From Candidatus Hodarchaeota archaeon (GTDB lineage: Archaea; Asgardarchaeota; Heimdallarchaeia; Hodarchaeales; Hodarchaeaceae): a stretch of 24,626 nucleotides of DNA. The stretch lies in assembly GCA_029856365.1 (NCBI GenBank), contig JAHQWW010000054.1, forward strand, positions 1 through 24,626, read 5' to 3'. The position numbers were made by a program, and so were the translations under genes. The notes below the pieces were generated by a model. That model ran no database searches, was not told where the DNA came from, and worked only from the letters and a program-made list of their open reading frames with translations. Each line of letters opens with the position of its first letter. Within the stretch, counting starts at the first letter, position 1. Shown here in pieces: positions 17,399-24,626 of this stretch.

Positions 17399-18628
17399 AT
17401 GGGTAGAAATAAAAAATATACCGGATATAAGGCTTATCAATACCTAACTCCTGGTATAGATTACAAAATTTTCAAATTTCGAGAAGCGATAAAGGAAGAG
17501 TGGGCGTATACAGTTCCTTTATCGAAATCAGAAGAAGAACGAGCTGAAAAGATCCTTGAGAAGAATATTATTATTGATCTCCATGAACACCCAACATTTT
17601 ATCCAGAAAATTCACAGGAATCGGGTGAACAGGCGCGAGAAGGAAGAGATTTCATGGCTTATGAAGCTCTAAGTCAGTCAGGACTTGATGCGGTCTTTGA
17701 TAATCTGATGAACGGAAGCTGTATTATTACAAGCAAGCATGGGTGGAAATGGAGTGATACGATCCATGATTTAGGGCAACGACTATGTGATATTGCTCAC
17801 CAAAATTTTGTTATTCATTGTAAAAAAGCAGAGGATATCATCACAGCTCACAAAACTGGGAAATTAGCATGGATTGCAGTCCTTGAATCAGCTTCAAGTA
17901 TTGAAAATGAAGTTGATCGAATAGATATCTTATATGGACTTGGTATTCGATCCATGGGCTTAAACTATAGTGAATCCAATATGCTTGGTTGCGGCTTAGG
18001 TGAAATAAGAGATGGAGGGTTAACGGATTTTGGTTATGACTGTATTATTCGGATGAATAAAGTCAAAATGCTTATAGATGTTAGCCATGTAAGTGATCAG
18101 ACAGCTCTAGATGCTATTGAAACTTCAAAAGAACCTATCATAATTTCTCATTGCGGCGCAAAGGCTTTGAACCCCATTGCTCGTATGTTTCCTGATGAAG
18201 TTTTACAAACGCTAGCGGAAGCAAGAGGGGTAATAGGTATAGAAGCTGCCCCAGGATTTACTGCAACCAAAAATAATCCGATTCCTACTATTGATACTTA
18301 TATGGAGCATGTTGAATATTGCATAAACCTAATGGGGATCGACTTTGTAGGGTGTGGCCCAGATACCCTTTATGGTGATCATGTAGGTTTATATCGTTTC
18401 GGAGAGAAAAAATTAAAATCCGCGGGATTAGGACATTATTCTCGACCTGATAAAAGGGGTGATGGATTAGTTGTCGATAACCTACCCGACTATGTCAAAG
18501 GTATGGAGAATCCTACAGAATGCATCCAGAATATCACTCGGTGGATGGTTAAACATGGGTATTCTGATCAGGAAATTGCAAAAGTTATTGGAGGTAATGC
18601 TTTAAGACTCCTAAAACAGGTCTGGTGA
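17399..18628 (+). CDS. Membrane dipeptidase family M19 (amidohydrolase fold), no signal peptide
   Basis: IIDLHEH, LESAS, LYGLGIRSMGLNY, DGGLTDFG..CIIRMN..KMLIDVSH, PIIISH, VGCGPD, KVIGGNALR. Confidence 0.92.
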   Translation: MGRNKKYTGYKAYQYLTPGIDYKIFKFREAIKEEWAYTVPLSKSEEERAEKILEKNIIIDLHEHPTFYPENSQESGEQAREGRDFMAYEALSQSGLDAVFDNLMNGSCIITSKHGWKWSDTIHDLGQRLCDIAHQNFVIHCKKAEDIITAHKTGKLAWIAVLESASSIENEVDRIDILYGLGIRSMGLNYSESNMLGCGLGEIRDGGLTDFGYDCIIRMNKVKMLIDVSHVSDQTALDAIETSKEPIIISHCGAKALNPIARMFPDEVLQTLAEARGVIGIEAAPGFTATKNNPIPTIDTYMEHVEYCINLMGIDFVGCGPDTLYGDHVGLYRFGEKKLKSAGLGHYSRPDKRGDGLVVDNLPDYVKGMENPTECIQNITRWMVKHGYSDQEIAKVIGGNALRLLKQVW

Positions 18629-18680
18629 CGAATCAAATGACTTCAAACAGATTATTCATGAATGAGTCGTTTTCTTGATA

Positions 18681-19865
18681 TTATCTATTCTGTTTTTTCT
18701 CGATTTTATCCATATGAATAAAGACTGCAATGACTATCAAAGTACCAAAAAAGGTTATAAGCAGTAATGGCGGGAATCCTATCAATGAAAACAAGAGTCC
18801 AGCAACAGCAGCAGACGGAACACGGCCCAGACGTTGGAAAAAGGCTAATATCCCAAAGTTTGTTGTTGCTGCTGATGGATCGATCGAAATAAAACTCAAG
18901 GTTACTGAGGGCCGCCAAAAAGCAACTACTGCTCCTAAAAATGCGTATGCAAGAATTAATAGATTTGTAGCCATTGAAGGAATGGCTATAGCTGCTAAAA
19001 TAAAAAATATCCACATAAATCCAATAACTTCACCACAAATAAGTCCCACCACTCTACCAAAACGATCGACAACCATTCCAGCTGGATTGGCTAGCAATAC
19101 TAAGATAATTGTCTCTATAAGAGTTAAAGTAGCAATGAAAGAAACATCTACATCAAATAGTATAATAAAGATCCCATTAGCGATCGCAAGTGGTAAACCC
19201 CAGATAAAAGCATCCAGAGCAAAAGTAAAAGCGGTTAAACGTGAAAATGGATCTTTAATAATTCTAGCAATTGGAAACTTAATTTGCTTACTGTTGGGGA
19301 ATACATCACGTAAAGCGATAATATTCAACAATCCAGCTATTGTGATTAGAAAAAATCCTATTTGAAAATAACTAATATAACCAGAGTTTCCTTCTTGAAT
19401 AGAAAGCGATGCAAGTATTCCAGCGAGGTAAGCAGAATTATAAACTATTGAAAACGCTAATCCTCGTTTTTCAATACAAGATTCATATATTAATCCTTGG
19501 AGAGGAGCATCATAAAATCCAGTTCCTAAATTGAACGCAATAATGCCTAATAGTAACGCTAAAATGTTAGAAGTACTCGTTGAGAGGCCAATTAACCCAA
19601 TTACACTGAGAACCTGGCCAAAAATGATTAAGTTCTTTCTTCCATAAAAATCTGCAATAAAAGCCATTATAAGAGGAAATACTGCGGATAAGGTTCCTAT
19701 CGAAAGAATTAAACCAAGGATTTGCGCTGCTACTGTAGTAGTTCCATAAATGGATAAGAGATAGGGTTGAATTTGGATTGTAAAGACAAAATTAACAAAA
19801 CCCCACAAGAAATGGGTAACTGTAAGAGTAATAATGTTCAATCTATGGTAGTTCGCTGTTTTCAT
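18681..19865 (-). CDS. MFS transporter
   Basis: ~12 hydrophobic segments; motif A FIADFYGRK and GMVVDRFGR; AAGGTG RBS. Confidence 0.9.
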   Translation of the reverse strand: MKTANYHRLNIITLTVTHFLWGFVNFVFTIQIQPYLLSIYGTTTVAAQILGLILSIGTLSAVFPLIMAFIADFYGRKNLIIFGQVLSVIGLIGLSTSTSNILALLLGIIAFNLGTGFYDAPLQGLIYESCIEKRGLAFSIVYNSAYLAGILASLSIQEGNSGYISYFQIGFFLITIAGLLNIIALRDVFPNSKQIKFPIARIIKDPFSRLTAFTFALDAFIWGLPLAIANGIFIILFDVDVSFIATLTLIETIILVLLANPAGMVVDRFGRVVGLICGEVIGFMWIFFILAAIAIPSMATNLLILAYAFLGAVVAFWRPSVTLSFISIDPSAATTNFGILAFFQRLGRVPSAAVAGLLFSLIGFPPLLLITFFGTLIVIAVFIHMDKIEKKQNR

Positions 19866-20017
19866 TGAATAGCACCTTGGATAACTGTGTGTAATTTGTT
19901 ATTTCTACATCGTGTTCCATTTCCACGCGTTATGTGTGACCACATATAAGTACGAGTGACATTAACACTAAATTTAATAAGGAGGGATAAGAGTTACATG
20001 CGAAGGTGTTTCATCCT

Positions 20018-21130
20018 ATGAAAGAAATTGAGATAGGTAACGCGAAAGCTGAACCAGGAAAACTAACTTATGGCTTTATTGAGAGTTTAGACCATCCTAC
20101 TGGTATAATAGAAAAAGTTCCTGTGATGATTGCTCAGGGTCGCGAAAATGGGCCGACTTTTTTTTTAACTGCAAATGTCCATGGAAATGAGCTGACAGGA
20201 ATCGCTGTTATTCATCAGCTAGTAACGGATAAACTTACCCAAGAGTTGAAAGGAACAGTAGTTGCTATTCCAACCCTCAATCCCTCTGCATTACGGCGTA
20301 ATCATAGGTCACCTGAGTTCGATGAAAGGGATCCTAATCGTCTTTATCCAGAGGGGAAGTTCGCAGAAGAGGAAGAGGAAGAGGAAATTGATAAAGATTA
20401 TCCTGAACTATATGAACAAGTTGCAAACAAAATTTATTCGTACTTTGAAAAATATGCAGACTACCATATCGATTTCCACAATCACTCGTTACGATCAATT
20501 CCATATGTAATTCTCGATAGGGTGTTTTATGAAAATGAAACAAAGAAAGAAGAAGCAGAAAAACTTTTTAAACAACAGAAAGCCATGATCGAGGCTTTTG
20601 GTGTTTTGACATGTTCAGAATTCCCTGCTAAGAAATATATAAAGATGAAACTTCATCGATCAGTCTCGGGGGCAACTTTAAACAGTCTTAGAATTCCTGC
20701 ATTCACCGCAGAGCTTGGAGAAAACAGTGTGATTATTCCACAAGTTGTAAAGGGCTCAATAAAAGGAACCAGAAATGTTTTAAAATGGGCTGGAATGCTC
20801 GAAGGCCCTAGGGAAGAGATCACGGAGTTTCTTGTACCAAAACCGCATGAACAACTGAGGCGATGTTACCATCCCCGAGCAAAACAATCAGGTATTATTA
20901 GATTTCTAGTTAATCCTGGAGACCAAGTAAAGAAAGGACAACCTGTGGCTCTAATTACCGATATCTTAGGTCGAAAACTTGGTGACGGGTATATTCTAAC
21001 AGAATACGATGGTTATATGATTGCTTTACGATCAGAGATGACGGTTTACCCAAATGATCCCATTGCTGAAATGGGAATCAAGGATGATGCTCCTCTTGTG
21101 GTTCCAATTCCTTCTAAGAAAATAAATTAA
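20018..21130 (+). CDS. Succinylglutamate desuccinylase/aspartoacylase family (M14) metallo-deacylase
   Basis: HGNE, DPNRLYP, IDFHN, FTAELG; C-terminal barrel-sandwich-like segment (SGIIRFLVNPGDQVKKGQPVA). AAGGTG RBS before ATG 20018; TATA TTTAATAA at ~19973-19980. Confidence 0.88.
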   Translation: MKEIEIGNAKAEPGKLTYGFIESLDHPTGIIEKVPVMIAQGRENGPTFFLTANVHGNELTGIAVIHQLVTDKLTQELKGTVVAIPTLNPSALRRNHRSPEFDERDPNRLYPEGKFAEEEEEEEIDKDYPELYEQVANKIYSYFEKYADYHIDFHNHSLRSIPYVILDRVFYENETKKEEAEKLFKQQKAMIEAFGVLTCSEFPAKKYIKMKLHRSVSGATLNSLRIPAFTAELGENSVIIPQVVKGSIKGTRNVLKWAGMLEGPREEITEFLVPKPHEQLRRCYHPRAKQSGIIRFLVNPGDQVKKGQPVALITDILGRKLGDGYILTEYDGYMIALRSEMTVYPNDPIAEMGIKDDAPLVVPIPSKKIN

Positions 21131-21372
21131 GGAGTCTGGAAATTCTTTGATCCTTTATAGAGCTAAATCCCAAGAGAAGTGACAAGAGTGAAGGTTCAGA
21201 TCATCATTCCTTTCTGTCATTGATTCATTCCCCTTTCTCACGAAAAAAGATCAGCTCTCTACTGACTAACATTATGAGAGAAGATGGTTTCTCTAATAAT
21301 CTCAGGGATATAATAATAGGATTCTGACATTTATAGATCGTACCTATTGTTTCAGCTCTGATTTTATAGAAA

Positions 21373-24186
21373 TTATCCTTTTATAGAATTTCGGAAATAA
21401 AAGGTAAATCTGGATAATTGGAAAAGCTGGTATACAATTAATAGCAGGAAAAATCCTATTTCGTAACCAGATTGAATTAAAAACATAAAATCAAGGGAAA
21501 ATATTCTAAAAGAAAAAAATTCTCCTTGGGGTTGTTGGATTATAATAAAAAGGATCGCTTGAATTAATACGTGAGATAAAAGCAAGAGAATGAATCCAAG
21601 TTGTCCCTTTGATGCCATTTCTCCCGTCCATTTTAGTTTATGTTTTAATATAAGGTCTGGGTTTGAACCTTGAAGGATTAAAAATGCCCAGATTCTCTGA
21701 AATACAATCAACTGTAAAAGGATGGTTAGGACTACAGATATAGATTTTATAATGGAATCCGAACCATAGAAATAAGGTCCTTCTATTATTATAAAAAAGA
21801 ATTGTGCAAATATTAAGAAAAGTAAGAAAGAAATACTGAAACAAATGATAATGCCTGTCAATCCAAAAAGAAAACTTCTAATTGTGACCTTCACTAAATT
21901 ATTAGGTAAATCACCATGAGTGATATAGTATGAGACGGGACCGATAGCTGCAAGACCTATACAGAACAAGAATGGATTTATTAATAGATATGAATATTCA
22001 TAACGATATAACATACCAGTTGTCATCATTGAAAAAAATCGCAAGAGGATATCAGAAGGAATTAGTCCTCGTATTATAATAAAAGGATCTAAAATATAAT
22101 TAAGAGTTACAATAGTAAGCAATATTAGAAAAACCGACAGAATTTGTATCATATTAGTTTTAAGAAATTCCCACACAGTTGTTGGTCCTGCAACATCCTT
22201 TATAGAAGGTTCATCAATAATTTTTTCTTTCACAAATGGATAGGACGTCATTTTGCCATACAAAAATTGTATTTCTTGCCCTTCAACGTAACCTCTAACC
22301 ATTGGCCTACCAGAAATGGTAGCTACTATATTTTTCTGACTTGAGCGGTAGGATGGAAGGATTGTACTCGTTGATGTTATTAAAAAGGAGAGAAAAATCC
22401 ATATCAGAATGCGATCGAAAAGGATTTCAAATTTAATTGGGATACTGAATGAAATATACCAAATAATTAGAAGAAAACCTAATAATCCATCGATTAAACC
22501 TATTAGGAGTGAAGAGAAACCTAACGCCGAGGATTCAGTTATAAAAATTTCGAAAACACGTTGTTTATGTAGACCAATACTTCGCATAATCCCCATATCT
22601 CGCTCCATTAGCAGAGTAGAAACGAGAATACATACAAATTGAGCCATTGCAGCTAAAATAAATGACTCTATAAAGAGTACTTGAAAGATCGCCGTCTGAA
22701 AGGCAAGACTTTTTTCAATCAGTTCACTATAGTATGTAATCCCTATTACTTCTTTGAACTGGCTAAATGTAGATTCTAAGGTCAACTGAACGGATTCAAC
22801 GTCACCATTGACATCACAAACGAACCATTTAGCTAGACTAGAGTTGAAATAATCTTGAAATCGTTCAGATGAGATATATAGATACTCACCATTGTTTAAG
22901 AAAACATTTCCTTGAATAATCGCGCCTAATGTTATATTAACCGTACTATTTTCAGTGTTTTTCACTGAAACTTGTGATCCTAAAGGAATTTGGGGTCTTA
23001 AACGTTGATAAAGATGTTGGGAGATTACACCATACGCTATGTTTACATTGGTGGTATTTCCAGTTTTGGTGTTTGTATTAAACCTAGTTGTTTCATTCAA
23101 GAAATAAGATGATGGTCGTGCATTAATAGTATCCATGATAGGTTCAGCAAAATGGGAATACTTCATTGGATCTACACCTAATAGGTAACTATTCACCCCT
23201 CCAATTTCTGCCCTAGTTTCTTGAATGAATGAGGATCGTTTAATATCAGTACGTCCATCGAGTTCTTCTGTGAATTCAATTGAAACAAAACTGTTATCTC
23301 TAACTTCTGCTACCAAATCGATACTCCCCCATTGATTTTCAAAATAATCTGGAACACTAGCTATTATCGCTGCTGATGTCAAGCCTGTTACCACAATAAA
23401 TGTAAGGGCTAAACCTGATGTCAATATTGTGAATAGTGATTTTTGGAATTCACGAGTAATATTCCGCATTGAAATAGTACGGGCAACAACACCAAAACAG
23501 AAGAGGATTTTCATTCCAATTTTCGGTAAAAACGCGAGAATTCCAATTTCCACTAGTAATGTTCCTAAGAAGATCAATATGATAACTAAGAAATGTATTG
23601 AAAGTATTGAGAAATCAAGGAAGCGAGATGGGCCAATAAAAAATTGAAGTAAAAATCCTGTTATCGAAAGAAGAAAACCAAAAGCAATGCTATATTTCCA
23701 ACTTCTAATCACCTTAGAAGATCTTGGTGAACTCATTCGTGAGTGAATGTTTTGAACTACTGGCATTGAAAGAGCTAAAAAGATGGGATAAAGGCCTGAT
23801 ATGAGAGCTACAATAATCCCTGAAAAAAAAGTTGCGAAAATTGAGGAGGGATGAATAGAAATTGTCTGAATTTTCAGACTTATGTAGAATGAGTCCATTA
23901 CATGAACCAAAAAGGTTGAAAACATAATTCCTCCAAATATTCCGAATGTACATCCTACTATAGAATAGAATAGGATTTCTACTATAACGATTCCAACTAG
24001 CTGATTTGTATTAGCTCCTACCGCGCGAAAAATTCCAAACTCTTTTGATCGATCACGAATTGCCATTGCGAGAATGTTTGTAATAAATAAAAATTCAACA
24101 ACAAAAGAGACAAGGATGACTAGATTCATTGCTGTTTGGTAAGCACGAATTCCTATAGCTTCAATCTCAGAAATATCTTTCTCCAC
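21373..24186 (-). CDS. FtsX/MacB-like ABC permease, apparently 5'-truncated, with extra C-terminal multi-TM domain
   Basis: Two FtsX motifs (DRSKEFGIFRAVGA; ERDMGIMRSIGL) and an internal RNITR...SLFT repeat start. The first TM and first extracytoplasmic domain are missing. Confidence 0.85.
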   Translation of the reverse strand: MEKDISEIEAIGIRAYQTAMNLVILVSFVVEFLFITNILAMAIRDRSKEFGIFRAVGANTNQLVGIVIVEILFYSIVGCTFGIFGGIMFSTFLVHVMDSFYISLKIQTISIHPSSIFATFFSGIIVALISGLYPIFLALSMPVVQNIHSRMSSPRSSKVIRSWKYSIAFGFLLSITGFLLQFFIGPSRFLDFSILSIHFLVIILIFLGTLLVEIGILAFLPKIGMKILFCFGVVARTISMRNITREFQKSLFTILTSGLALTFIVVTGLTSAAIIASVPDYFENQWGSIDLVAEVRDNSFVSIEFTEELDGRTDIKRSSFIQETRAEIGGVNSYLLGVDPMKYSHFAEPIMDTINARPSSYFLNETTRFNTNTKTGNTTNVNIAYGVISQHLYQRLRPQIPLGSQVSVKNTENSTVNITLGAIIQGNVFLNNGEYLYISSERFQDYFNSSLAKWFVCDVNGDVESVQLTLESTFSQFKEVIGITYYSELIEKSLAFQTAIFQVLFIESFILAAMAQFVCILVSTLLMERDMGIMRSIGLHKQRVFEIFITESSALGFSSLLIGLIDGLLGFLLIIWYISFSIPIKFEILFDRILIWIFLSFLITSTSTILPSYRSSQKNIVATISGRPMVRGYVEGQEIQFLYGKMTSYPFVKEKIIDEPSIKDVAGPTTVWEFLKTNMIQILSVFLILLTIVTLNYILDPFIIIRGLIPSDILLRFFSMMTTGMLYRYEYSYLLINPFLFCIGLAAIGPVSYYITHGDLPNNLVKVTIRSFLFGLTGIIICFSISFLLFLIFAQFFFIIIEGPYFYGSDSIIKSISVVLTILLQLIVFQRIWAFLILQGSNPDLILKHKLKWTGEMASKGQLGFILLLLSHVLIQAILFIIIQQPQGEFFSFRIFSLDFMFLIQSGYEIGFFLLLIVYQLFQLSRFTFYFRNSIKG

Positions 24187-24217
24187 AAAAACATAGCTGT
24201 CAAAATTAACTTTATCT

Positions 24218-24409
24218 TTGATATTATTACTAATCTGGTTTATACTTTTTGGGCTAATAGGGGAAAAAGAATTTCAATTTCTATTAGCTATTGGTATAGG
24301 ATTATTTCTTGCTGGGCTCTTACTCTTAACCAGAATTCAGTATGTAATTTGGATAAATAAGAGGGCTTCAAATAATCTGGAGAGGGATAGTAAAATTATA
24401 AATTTTTAA
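24218..24409 (+). pseudogene. Probable C-terminal remnant of a membrane protein (two TM helices), or a small membrane protein
   Basis: ILLLIWFILFGLIG...FLLAIGIGLFLAGLLLLTRIQYVIW. No RBS; frame closed upstream at 24194-24196; head-to-head with the truncated permease. Confidence 0.4.
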
Positions 24410-24507
24410 AAATGTTTAGATTTAAATTCCCTTGAATTTTATAATTTCACACTGCATGAAATCAAGATTATAGAATCTATTTAATAAAAAGAAGTTGATT
24501 TTTCAAA

Positions 24508-24626
24508 ATGGTAAGAATATTAACAAAAGACAACGTTGCTAGTTTACTCACCATGCAAGATGCATTGAATTATGTAGAGGAAGCTTATAAACAATTAACT
24601 TTAGGGAATGCAATTGTTCCTCAACG
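24508..24626 (+). CDS. Ornithine cyclodeaminase / mu-crystallin / archaeal alanine dehydrogenase family, 3'-partial
   Basis: MVRILTKDNVASLLTMQDALNYVEEAYKQLTLGNAIVPQR matches the family N-terminus; TATA TTTAATAA at 24480-24487. Confidence 0.8.
   Translation, partial: MVRILTKDNVASLLTMQDALNYVEEAYKQLTLGNAIVPQ

Noticed and set aside
18730-19365. 211-aa + strand ORF inside the MFS gene
   Set aside because: Antisense shadow of a hydrophobic membrane-protein gene; no motifs or RBS.
20366-20386. (GAAGAG)n repeat encoding E7
   Set aside because: Short in-frame acidic loop; ordinary low complexity.
336-24360. Other short track ORFs overlapping the main genes (e.g. 5193-5417, 7113-7421, 8537-8731, 8718-9032, 12985-13290)
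   Set aside because: Antisense or alternate-frame shadows of well-supported CDSs.
1-24626. CRISPR arrays, tRNA/rRNA genes, transposases or integrases
   Set aside because: By eye I saw no regularly spaced repeats, cloverleaf/GC-rich RNA genes or recombinase motifs.

Overview
AT-rich prokaryotic window that looks archaeal: PGF-CTERM sorting signal, TrpB2, archaeal AsnRS-like asparagine synthetase, TATA-type promoters, oligo-U terminators and GGTG(A)-type ribosome-binding sites. An Asgard (Heimdallarchaeia/Hodarchaeales-like) origin is my impression and cannot be proven here. In order, it contains: a 5'-partial LolD/MacB-type ABC ATPase with a long helical extension; a patch of decayed genes around a PD-(D/E)XK-like hypothetical; stand-alone trpB2; bacterial-type purH; a divergent asnA/Lrp pair; a dppBCDF operon with an Ig-like membrane protein and a circularly permuted PGF-CTERM DppA; a hydantoin/Asp/Glu racemase; an M19 dipeptidase; an MFS transporter; an M14 deacylase; a 5'-truncated FtsX-type permease; and the start of an ornithine cyclodeaminase/Ala dehydrogenase gene. 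Top finding: an ORF missing from the track, upstream of trpB2, ending ...VTCWRWWHWF-stop (4 Trp in the last 7 codons). It is followed by a hairpin starting at its stop codon and a second hairpin that sequesters the trpB2 RBS/start. This is a candidate ribosome-mediated Trp attenuator in an archaeon.
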